DNA from: an uncultured archaeon
GTDB lineage: Archaea > Iainarchaeota > Iainarchaeia > Iainarchaeales > GCA-2688035
NCBI GenBank assembly: GCA_964354805.1
Contig: CAYHBD010000018.1
Coordinates: forward strand, 1-20,832
Direction of reading: 5' to 3'
DNA: 20,832 nt
The position numbers were made by a program, and so were the translations under genes. Under the pieces are notes generated by a model. The model searched no databases and had not been told where the DNA came from. It was given only the letters and a program-made list of their open reading frames with translations. The first letter of the stretch is position 1; the number at the start of each line of letters is the position of its first letter. Positions 1 to 7,499 of the stretch are shown here, in pieces.

Positions 1-360
1 TGGGAAAGAAAGGAATTCGGAATAAAAAATCATTGGGAAAGAAAGCTTTTCGCTTCGCGAAAAGAAGCCTTTTTCCGCCAGGAAAAAAGGGGTTGGCAGG
101 ACGTTTTCGCTTTGCGAATTCAATTAAAAATGCATCCAAAAGGGAATTATTTCATGGGCCCGTAGCTCAGCCTGGTAGAGCACCTGACTCTTAATCAGGG
201 TGTCGTGGGTTCGAATCCCATCGGGCTCGCTAAGCCTTTCTTTCTAAAGAAAGAAAGCCTTGGGAAAGAAAGAGTTGCTTTGCAATCCGACGTGCTCGGC
301 TTCGCCTCGCTTTTACTTTTTTCAGCGGAAGAAGCGCTGAGGAAAAATTCAGCGGAAGCG
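1..360. repeat. Cluster of short direct repeats and hairpins (REP-like) on both sides of tRNA-Lys
   Basis: TGGGAAAGAAAG at 1-12, 34-45 and 261-272. Hairpins: CTTTTCGC-TTC-GCGAAAAG (46-64), CCTTTTTCC-GCCA-GGAAAAAAGG (68-90), TTCGC-TTT-GCGAA (106-118), CTTTCTTTC-TAAA-GAAAGAAAG (236-257). TTCAGCGGAAG at 321-331 and 348-358. Confidence 0.65.
156..229 (+). tRNA. tRNA-Lys (anticodon CTT)
   Basis: Full cloverleaf: acceptor GGGCCCG/CGGGCTC, D-arm GCTC...GAGC, anticodon arm CCTGA-CTCTTAA-TCAGG (CTT at 190-192), T-loop TTCGAAT. CCA not encoded. Confidence 0.97.
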
Positions 361-408
361 CACTCTGTTTGCACTTTATTTAAAAGGCTCTCTTTTGTTT
401 TTTATTTT

Positions 409-1215
409 ATGGTTGTCACTTCTTATGGTGAGATCCCTGACTCGGAACTAATGTTTCCTTCATTTCCTTCATTACCCTCCCTAAAGTTGAATGTAAATAA
501 ATTAAGTCCGGGTCGTTTGCCAAGTAATTTAACGCCAGCTCTTGCGTATTTTATCGGATTCTTTTGTGGCGATGGAGGGCTTAAAGACATTCAAAAAACT
601 TTTTTAAAAACAAAACGGTTTGAGTATAAACTTATTATTGCAGATGAGTTTGAAATTCAAATTAAAATCATTCAAAAGGTCTTTTCTGGCTTGTTTGGAT
701 TTAAGCCCCCAATAAGATACGAACGAATCCTGAAAGGTGAGCACACATATTATTTAAACCCAACAAATAAATCAGTCTACCTTTTTCTGACAAAGGTTTT
801 TGGTTTTCCAAAAGGCCACAAATATGATGGTCTAAAAGTTCCACGCCTAATAATCAACTCAAATTCTAGTATTAAAAAATGGTTTATTCGCGGTGTGTTT
901 GATTCTGATGGAGACACAAGGGCGGTTGAAAAGGGATTTACCGCCCAATCCAGAGTGAAGCTTAGAATGAAAACCCATAGTTTTATTACAGGAATAAAAG
1001 CCCTGTTAGAAGACACCTACAACGTCTCCGTCAACGGTCCGTATTACGATAAAGGAGGGCAATCGAGCTATATCCAAGTTGAGCGATTCAACGATTTAAA
1101 GTCAATAAATAAACAGAAAATATTTATGCACCCAGTTAAAAGATGGAGATTGCAAAAGTCTTGTTCTAACCTAATTTCTTCTCATAGGGCACAACTTTTA
1201 AAACAATTCACTTAA
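409..1215 (+). CDS. Free-standing double-motif LAGLIDADG homing-endonuclease-like protein (268 aa)
   Basis: Two LAGLIDADG helices, LAYFIGFFCGDGG and WFIRGVFDSDGD. Start moved to ATG 409 because the ORF-track start (205) lies inside tRNA-Lys, and a TATA-like TTTATTTAAAA sits at 375-385. No intein splicing motifs. Confidence 0.85.
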   Translation: MVVTSYGEIPDSELMFPSFPSLPSLKLNVNKLSPGRLPSNLTPALAYFIGFFCGDGGLKDIQKTFLKTKRFEYKLIIADEFEIQIKIIQKVFSGLFGFKPPIRYERILKGEHTYYLNPTNKSVYLFLTKVFGFPKGHKYDGLKVPRLIINSNSSIKKWFIRGVFDSDGDTRAVEKGFTAQSRVKLRMKTHSFITGIKALLEDTYNVSVNGPYYDKGGQSSYIQVERFNDLKSINKQKIFMHPVKRWRLQKSCSNLISSHRAQLLKQFT

Positions 1216-1230
1216 ACACATTTTATGCAA

Positions 1231-1338
1231 GGGGCCATAGCTCAGCCTGAACGTGCCGTGGGTAAAACCAAGCGCGTGGCTTAGGAGAGCACACGGCTGA
1301 AGACCGTGGTGTCGCGGGTTCAAATCCCGCTGGCCCCA
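1231..1338 (+). tRNA. tRNA-Phe (anticodon GAA) with a 34-nt non-canonical intron (1250-1283) in the D-loop
   Basis: Acceptor GGGGCCA/TGGCCCC, anticodon arm CACGG-CTGAAGA-CCGTG (GAA at 1299-1301), T-arm GCGGG-TTCAAAT-CCCGC. Removing 1250-1283 restores the D-loop AGCCTG|GGA. Strict bulge-helix-bulge at the junctions. Confidence 0.93.
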
Positions 1339-1344
1339 TTTATT

Positions 1345-2184
1345 ATGGGTTCCAAACGCTATCGCAGGAAAATCAGGCAGTTTGGTTTGCCTAAGCCTTC
1401 TGCAATGCTTCCTGAAAGGCCAAGGATAAGCCACAGGGATTTGCCAGCAGATGTTGGCGCTGCTTTCAAAAGGGTTTCGCAAATTTATGGAATTCCACTG
1501 AAAGAGCTGATGCCTTTTTTCGGTGGGACCCGATTGTCATTTTTGGGGCAAGTTGCAGGTTGGAGTGCGGTTTATTCTCCATCTAAACACTCAATAAAAG
1601 GGGAAATAACCCCTGCTGTTTGGGCTCACGAGACCAAGCATTCTCTGCAGGGCTTGCTCTTAAAGCGAGAAGGGCTTGATTTTTCGGAAAAGGTTGATAT
1701 TATGCGAAAGAGGCGGATAGACAGGCCCCCTCGGTTAAGTGATGTTAGGGATTTGGTTCGTTTTGTTGTTCGGCACCGAAGGAAAGCCACAAAATTTCTT
1801 GAACCAATGGCGAACATTAATGACCCGTTTCATCAAAAACTCGCTGATTCCGTAAGATTCAAAGAGGTCGTGCTTTTATTGTTATCCCCCCTTTTTTGGC
1901 CAGCTTTGCCGCTTGCAGGGGGAAGTATTGCAATAGGGTTGGCAAGGCGGTATCTTGCCCAGAGTTTTTTTGAGAGGCACGGCGTTGATGGGTTAGTTTT
2001 GATTTCTGCTTTTCCGCCAAAGAAGTGGGGAGTTTTGCGAATAAAGAGTCATGAGAAGATGCTTGTACAGAATGGTTTTTTGAAAGAGCACGGCGGCATG
2101 ACAAGAAAAGGAATTCAACTGCTCCGAGAGATAGTGCCGCGAGAGCTGGTACTTAAAAGAGCAAAGAGTTTTAATGAGCATTAA
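1345..2184 (+). CDS. Hypothetical basic protein with an HExxH (zincin-like) motif and a hydrophobic segment
   Basis: ATG at 1345 just after tRNA-Phe (the ORF-track start 1306 is inside the tRNA). Motif AVWAHETKHSLQ; hydrophobic stretch VVLLLLSPLFWPALPLAGGSIAIGLA. Confidence 0.6.
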   Translation: MGSKRYRRKIRQFGLPKPSAMLPERPRISHRDLPADVGAAFKRVSQIYGIPLKELMPFFGGTRLSFLGQVAGWSAVYSPSKHSIKGEITPAVWAHETKHSLQGLLLKREGLDFSEKVDIMRKRRIDRPPRLSDVRDLVRFVVRHRRKATKFLEPMANINDPFHQKLADSVRFKEVVLLLLSPLFWPALPLAGGSIAIGLARRYLAQSFFERHGVDGLVLISAFPPKKWGVLRIKSHEKMLVQNGFLKEHGGMTRKGIQLLREIVPRELVLKRAKSFNEH

Positions 2185-2226
2185 TTTATGAGGCAAAGAT
2201 TTATTTTTTTGTGATTTTTGGTTTAG

Positions 2227-2688
2227 GTGGTTGCATTGAATAAGAAAAAGTTCGGCAGGCCCGGCGTTGATTTTGTCGGTGTGGGCGTTGGGGTAATGGT
2301 GCGCAATGAAAAAGGCGAGTTCTTGCTTGGCCTACGGGCTGAGAATGCGGGGAATGAGCCAGGCAAGTGGTGTTTTCCGGGCGGCTGCTTGGAATTTGGC
2401 GAAACCTTGTTTGATTGTGCCAAAAGGGAAGCTAAAGAAGAAGCCGGCATTGAGGTTGAGTCTTTAAAGCTGGTCAAAGTGATTGACCACATTATTCCTG
2501 ATGAGAAACAGCACTGGGTTAATCCAATCATTGAGGCAAGGCTTGTTAAAGGAAAGCCAAGGGTTGTGGAGCCGCATAAGATAAAGGGATGGCAGTGGTT
2601 TTCTTTGCAAAATTTGCCGCAAAACCTTACACTAAACATGGTTGGTTTTTTTAAGGAAGTGCAAAATGGCAAAATTGAAATAGATTAA
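2227..2688 (+). CDS. Nudix hydrolase (MutT/NUDT15-like)
   Basis: Nudix box GGCLEFGETLFDCAKREAKEEAG, N-terminal GVGVGVMV strand, C-terminal EPHK..W.WF...LP. Confidence 0.93.
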   Translation: MVALNKKKFGRPGVDFVGVGVGVMVRNEKGEFLLGLRAENAGNEPGKWCFPGGCLEFGETLFDCAKREAKEEAGIEVESLKLVKVIDHIIPDEKQHWVNPIIEARLVKGKPRVVEPHKIKGWQWFSLQNLPQNLTLNMVGFFKEVQNGKIEID

Positions 2689-2738
2689 TTTTTTGCTGCA
2701 CCCAACCGTTTAAATTAATTTCCCCGCTTCTCTAAATT

Positions 2739-4868
2739 ATGTTTTGCTTAAATAAATCATTTTTTTTGCTTGCCCTGCTTTTGTTGCTCCCTGCTGCATT
2801 TGCTTTGGATGCGCCCACTGTTTCAAGTAGCACGCATCCGGAAGGCAAGTGGGGCAAAGCGCCAATTTTTTTTGAATGGAATGCCGTTCCAGGCGCAGAG
2901 AAATATTGTTATGTTCTGGATTCAAGCGCTGACACGCTTGCCCCGGATTTCCCCTGCACAACTAGGACTGATGCCGAATTTCCGCCAAAAATAAAAAGCG
3001 GGGATTATTATTTTCACATAAAGACGGTTTCAGGAGGGAACGCAAGTCCCACTGCAACATATCCAATTAAGCTTGACGTTGATGGCCCCTCCAGTCCAGT
3101 GCTTTCAGCTGCAACAAATGCAGATGGAAGCATTGATTTAAGCTGGACTGCAGCAGAAGATGATGCAAGTGGTGTCAAAGAGTATGAAGTATACCGCTGC
3201 GGGATAGGCAACTTTAGCATTAGGGACCTTGGCGTTACTTTGCTTATTAAGATAATTGGCTTTTCTTTTAATGATGGCAACGATTTGCAGCAAAGCACAA
3301 CTTATCACTACAAGATTAGGCCTGTTGATAATGCAGGCAATGTTGGGCAGATAAGCAACGAGGCCAAGGCCACAACAGTTGCAAAGTGTGATTTGGGCAT
3401 TTCTTTTTCAATAACTCTTTCCTCTAATAAAAAGCAGCTGATACTGAGCATTACCGCGCTTGATAAAATAAATCGCGGCTCTCTTAAGGCAACATTGCCT
3501 GATGGCAGTGCATACGATTTTTTTTCTGAAAAGGAGCCGTTTACAGAATGGCACAGTGAATTTGATTTAAACCGGACAAAAGAGGGTGTCATTCGTTTTT
3601 ATTTGAGTGCAAAAGAGTTTTTTTGGGACAACTGCGACCAGAATAAAGAATTTGTTTATGATGTAACCAGCCCCACCATCCAGTTTGTTACCCCAAAATA
3701 CAATGAGAGAGTAAGTGAAACAGTGTCACTACAGGTTAGGGCGGCTGACCAGGGGGATTTCAAAAGCGGGATTAAGAGCGTTGATTTTTTTGTTGATGAG
3801 AACAACCACTGGAAAAGCATTGGCAGTGGCGCTGAAAAAGAGAATGATTTATTCGAATTGCGCTGGGACAGTTTCGCTGTTGACAACGGTCAAACAAAGT
3901 TTAAAGCCGTAGTGGTTGACAACGCCAACAACAGCGCCGAGGCAACCCATTACCTGTTTGTTTTAAATGCATTTCAGCAAGCGGTTGATGTAAACAGCGC
4001 TTTGACTGAAGCAGAGGAGAGTAAAATCGATGCCCAGCAAGTTGTAGATGACCTGGCGGCAAAGGGAATTGCCAGCAAAACCATGAGTTCTCTGATGAGC
4101 GAAGCTGACGGTGCTTTAAATAAGGCAAAGAAATTGGCGGTTGCTGGTTCAAACGAAACTCTTGCCAAGAGCAGCGCAGCTGAGGCAATCGCTTTGTATG
4201 AAAGTGCCAAAAAAGCAGTTGTTGTTTCAACATTCAAAACAGCGGACTTTATTTTCAACAAAGAGCAGGTTGACATATTGCTTAATGCAGCAGGCATATC
4301 TGGGCAGAGTGCTGTTGAGGCAAAGCAGTTTATTGAAAAAGCCGACCCCAAAAGGCAATTGCAGGTTTTGCAGGTTCGGGATAGCAACACGGTTTACTAT
4401 AAAGCCGCCATAGTTGTTTCATATTCCCCGGATGTTAATTTGTTACGAGACAAAAATGCAAATGACGTTGTTTTGCGTTTGATTGAGGTTGTTCCAAAGG
4501 AGTTTGCGGAATATGCGAGCGAGCTCACGAGCAGCATTAAATTCAATGTTTTGCGCGATGACCCGTCAATTGAATTTATCTTAACAAAAGACCAGTACAG
4601 AAAGCGTGCCGTAACTTACGCTTTGAAGCAGGATTTGAGTGAACAGCAGGCAAACAAATTGATTGAGGAAAACGTTGTAAACAAATTCGTTGCGCCCCCT
4701 GTTTTTTTGTCAACCGGCACAGTAGGCGGCTTTTCTTTGCCGATAACAACAGAGTTAATCCTGTTCATTTCAATCGCCGCAATCGTTGTAGTCATTATAA
4801 TCCTTGCCATGCTTATTTTGCGAAAGAAAAAGTCGCGCTCCCCCCTTGGAGTATTTAGCAAGAAGTAG
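2739..4868 (+). CDS. Secreted, membrane-anchored surface protein with FN3/Ig-like domains
   Basis: N-terminal signal peptide (FFLLALLLLLPAAFA). FN3-like motifs (IDLSWTAAEDDASGVKEYEVYR; YHYKIRPVDNAGN). Ig-like motif (SGIKSVDFFVD...WDS...NG). Ala-rich helical region. C-terminal TM helix followed by RKKK. Confidence 0.8.
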   Translation: MFCLNKSFFLLALLLLLPAAFALDAPTVSSSTHPEGKWGKAPIFFEWNAVPGAEKYCYVLDSSADTLAPDFPCTTRTDAEFPPKIKSGDYYFHIKTVSGGNASPTATYPIKLDVDGPSSPVLSAATNADGSIDLSWTAAEDDASGVKEYEVYRCGIGNFSIRDLGVTLLIKIIGFSFNDGNDLQQSTTYHYKIRPVDNAGNVGQISNEAKATTVAKCDLGISFSITLSSNKKQLILSITALDKINRGSLKATLPDGSAYDFFSEKEPFTEWHSEFDLNRTKEGVIRFYLSAKEFFWDNCDQNKEFVYDVTSPTIQFVTPKYNERVSETVSLQVRAADQGDFKSGIKSVDFFVDENNHWKSIGSGAEKENDLFELRWDSFAVDNGQTKFKAVVVDNANNSAEATHYLFVLNAFQQAVDVNSALTEAEESKIDAQQVVDDLAAKGIASKTMSSLMSEADGALNKAKKLAVAGSNETLAKSSAAEAIALYESAKKAVVVSTFKTADFIFNKEQVDILLNAAGISGQSAVEAKQFIEKADPKRQLQVLQVRDSNTVYYKAAIVVSYSPDVNLLRDKNANDVVLRLIEVVPKEFAEYASELTSSIKFNVLRDDPSIEFILTKDQYRKRAVTYALKQDLSEQQANKLIEENVVNKFVAPPVFLSTGTVGGFSLPITTELILFISIAAIVVVIIILAMLILRKKKSRSPLGVFSKK

Positions 4869-4936
4869 TGACCCTTTTTTCTGGCAGCCATTCGCTTTTT
4901 TAACCTGTTTTTCTTTATAGTTTTTTGCGATTTCCT

Positions 4937-6535
4937 ATGTCTTCTGAGCATTTTTTCTGGGCTGAGAAAGTTGCAGAAGAAATAACCAAGCAGCGCAAGA
5001 AAGAATATGTTTGTGAGGGCATGTGGAGCCCGAGCGGTTTTTTTCATATTGGGAACGCGAGGCCAGAGGTTTTTGTTCCGCATGCTGTTTACCACGTTTT
5101 GGTTGAAAACGGCTTTAAGGCAAGGCAGAACCTGATCATTGATGACTTCGACCCGATTGACAAAATCCCTGCAGGGATTCCCGTAAAAAAAGAAGATGAA
5201 GGAAAATTCATTGGTGTTCCTTGCAAGCTTGCTCCCTCGCCATTCAAGGGTCACAAAAGCTGGGCTGACTACTTTACCTCGCAATTCTCTGGCTTAATTG
5301 AAAGCTTTGGCATTGATTTGAATGTTCTTTCTGCTTTCGATTCCTACAAAAAAGGCAAATTCAATGATTTGATTGTTTTTTCTTTGAATAACAGTGAAAA
5401 GATTGTAAGTGTTTGGAATAAAATTGCCGGAACAGAGAAGCCGCTTTCTTTTTTGCCGATTGTTGTAACTTGTGAGCAATGCGGCAAGAGCCTTTTCACT
5501 AATGCAATAGCATGGGACAGAAAGAAAGTGCAGTACGAGTGCAAGTGTGGTTTTAAGGGTGCTGTTTCCCCCTTGAATGGGAAAGCAAAGCTGCACTGGC
5601 GTGTCCATTGGGTTGCAAACTGGATTGTTAACGATGTTGCCTTTGAGTCCGGAGGAAAGGACCACTTCAGCAAAGGCGGCAGCGTTGATATGGGCAGGGC
5701 GCTGATGCAAGAGGTTTTCAACAAGCAGCCGCCTTTCCAGATAGCAACAGAGTTTGTTCAATTGCATGGTGCAAAAATCAGTGGCAGCGTTGGCAATGTA
5801 ATCACTTTGCCACAGTGGCTGGAGGTTGCTGCGCCTGAACTGCTTCGCTTCATGTTCTTCAGCTATAAGCCGAACACTGCGATTGATTTCAGTTTCAGTT
5901 CTGACAGTTTTGTTTTGCTGAATGAAAGATTCGAGAGGGCTGAAAGGATTTTTTTCGGTGCGGAAAAAGCAGAGAATGAAAAGCTGGGTGAAAAAATAAA
6001 GCAAGACTATGGGATTGCTTTGATCGGGAAGCAGGCAAAAGAAATGCCTGTTCAGTTGCCTTTCTCTTTTGCTGTATTTCTTGCCCAGTTATTTGACCCT
6101 GTAAAGCAATTTGATGAAATTTTGCCTGTCCTGCAGGAAACAGGGCATATTGAAAGAAAAATGAGCAAAAACGAAGAAGCAATGATCAAGGAAAAATTGC
6201 AGAGGGCAAAGGTCTGGGTTGAAAAGTATGCTCCGCTCAAATTCAAAATGCAATTTTTGCAGCAGCTTGATTTCGGCATTAAAGCACAAATTTCTCCCGA
6301 AGCCAAAAAAGCATTTTCCGTTATTGCTGAAAAATTGCCTAAAATAAAAAATGCAGCGCAGATTCAGCAGGCTATTTTTGATTCGGCAAAAGAAAGCAAT
6401 GTTCAGCCAATGCAGCTGTTTAAATCCCTTTACTTGGTTTTGCTTGGGAAAGAAAGCGGCCCAAAGCTTGGCAGCCTCATAATTGCTTTTGGGAAAGAAA
6501 AGTGCATTAACAGAATAAAAGAAGCAGCTGCTTAA
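4937..6535 (+). CDS. lysS: Lysyl-tRNA synthetase, class I (archaeal type)
   Basis: SPSGFFHIGN (HIGH motif), Zn-binding Cys pairs, GKAKLHWRVHW, GGKDH, KISGSVGN (KMSKS equivalent), C-terminal GPKLG. ATG at 4937. Confidence 0.97.
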   Translation: MSSEHFFWAEKVAEEITKQRKKEYVCEGMWSPSGFFHIGNARPEVFVPHAVYHVLVENGFKARQNLIIDDFDPIDKIPAGIPVKKEDEGKFIGVPCKLAPSPFKGHKSWADYFTSQFSGLIESFGIDLNVLSAFDSYKKGKFNDLIVFSLNNSEKIVSVWNKIAGTEKPLSFLPIVVTCEQCGKSLFTNAIAWDRKKVQYECKCGFKGAVSPLNGKAKLHWRVHWVANWIVNDVAFESGGKDHFSKGGSVDMGRALMQEVFNKQPPFQIATEFVQLHGAKISGSVGNVITLPQWLEVAAPELLRFMFFSYKPNTAIDFSFSSDSFVLLNERFERAERIFFGAEKAENEKLGEKIKQDYGIALIGKQAKEMPVQLPFSFAVFLAQLFDPVKQFDEILPVLQETGHIERKMSKNEEAMIKEKLQRAKVWVEKYAPLKFKMQFLQQLDFGIKAQISPEAKKAFSVIAEKLPKIKNAAQIQQAIFDSAKESNVQPMQLFKSLYLVLLGKESGPKLGSLIIAFGKEKCINRIKEAAA

Positions 6536-6562
6536 AGCGCCCTATTTTCCAGAAAAAGCTTT

Positions 6563-7303
6563 TTACACTTCGCCGTATTCTTCCTCTATTTTTCGCACAA
6601 CTATGCCTTTTTCCGTTATTTCAAGCGGGTGCAGGTCTTCTGAATGTTTTGTTGCCCTCATTTTCCTGATGTGCAGTGTCCTGTTGCTTGCTGTTCCCAC
6701 ACCCATATAGTGCAGTACAATTACGCCGTCAACAACGTATTCCTCTACTCCATATTTTCCGAATTTGTTTGCCCCCTCTTGTATCTCTGAAACAAGCAGG
6801 GATGTTACACCGCTTCTCATCAGCATGTAGCTTACTTTCAGCACTGCTTTCCTTACGTCGTTTGCGTTCTCAAAGTTGAATCCCAATGCTGGAATGCTGT
6901 CAATGACAACCCTTCTTGCATCAATTCTTTTAATTACCCTCATTATTTCAAGCAGTAGCTTGTCAACATCATATCCTGTAACAGGGAGGCTGAATTCTTC
7001 ATCGCTCGGCATTCCAAGCTTTGCAATGCTCCCGTCAACAACATTTATTGCGTTTTTTTCCTCCAGTTTCTTCAAATCCCATCCAAAGCGCAGGACATCC
7101 TCCCTGATTAGCTCAGGCCTTTCGTCAAGTGTAACATAAACCCCTGGCTCGTTGTAGTCTTTTGCGCCCTTGTAAATGTATTGGATTCCAAAAATTGTTT
7201 TTCCTGTTCCGCATGCGCCGCTTACCAGCACGCTTCTCCCTGCAGGAAAGCCGCCTTCAACCAGTTCATCCAATCCGTTAATTCCTGTTTTCACTCTCTC
7301 CAT
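6563..7303 (-). CDS. Single-domain KaiC/RAD55-like RecA-superfamily ATPase
   Basis: TGINGLDELVEGGFP, Walker A GACGTGKT, Walker B RVVIDS, EEYVVDGVI, IRKMRAT. Confidence 0.92.
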   Translation of the reverse strand: MERVKTGINGLDELVEGGFPAGRSVLVSGACGTGKTIFGIQYIYKGAKDYNEPGVYVTLDERPELIREDVLRFGWDLKKLEEKNAINVVDGSIAKLGMPSDEEFSLPVTGYDVDKLLLEIMRVIKRIDARRVVIDSIPALGFNFENANDVRKAVLKVSYMLMRSGVTSLLVSEIQEGANKFGKYGVEEYVVDGVIVLHYMGVGTASNRTLHIRKMRATKHSEDLHPLEITEKGIVVRKIEEEYGEV

Positions 7304-7322
7304 GTGCCTGCCCCCTGTTTTT

Positions 7323-7404
7323 GTAAATTAATTAACCTTTCTCCAGCTTTTTTTAATTTTAGCTTTTTTTCGCTCCTTACCCTCTTTCCGTAAATTATTA
7401 ACCT
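7323..7404. promoter_or_regulatory. Pair of near-palindromic direct repeats upstream of the KaiC-like gene
   Basis: GTAAATTAATTAACCT (7323-7338) and GTAAATTATTAACCT (7390-7404). Confidence 0.4.
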
Positions 7405-7499
7405 ATCCCTCTTAATATACTTTTTGCTCTGCTGCCAAAATAACGCAAAAAACCCAAAAATCGTTAGCAGATACGCTCTGCTGCATTAATTGTTTTTTT

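Noticed and set aside
1-360. CRISPR array
   Set aside because: The repeats are only about 12 bp, irregularly spaced and interrupted by a tRNA. No cas genes are present.
205-408. N-terminal extension of the LAGLIDADG ORF
   Set aside because: It overlaps tRNA-Lys and repeat DNA. A TATA-like box and the ATG at 409 give a better start.
409-1215. LAGLIDADG ORF as part of an intron or intein
   Set aside because: Both flanking tRNAs are complete, and there are no Hint or His-Asn splicing motifs and no host exons.
6563-7303. True circadian KaiC clock
   Set aside because: It has a single domain, lacks the canonical Ser-Thr phosphosite pair, and no kaiA or kaiB is in the window.
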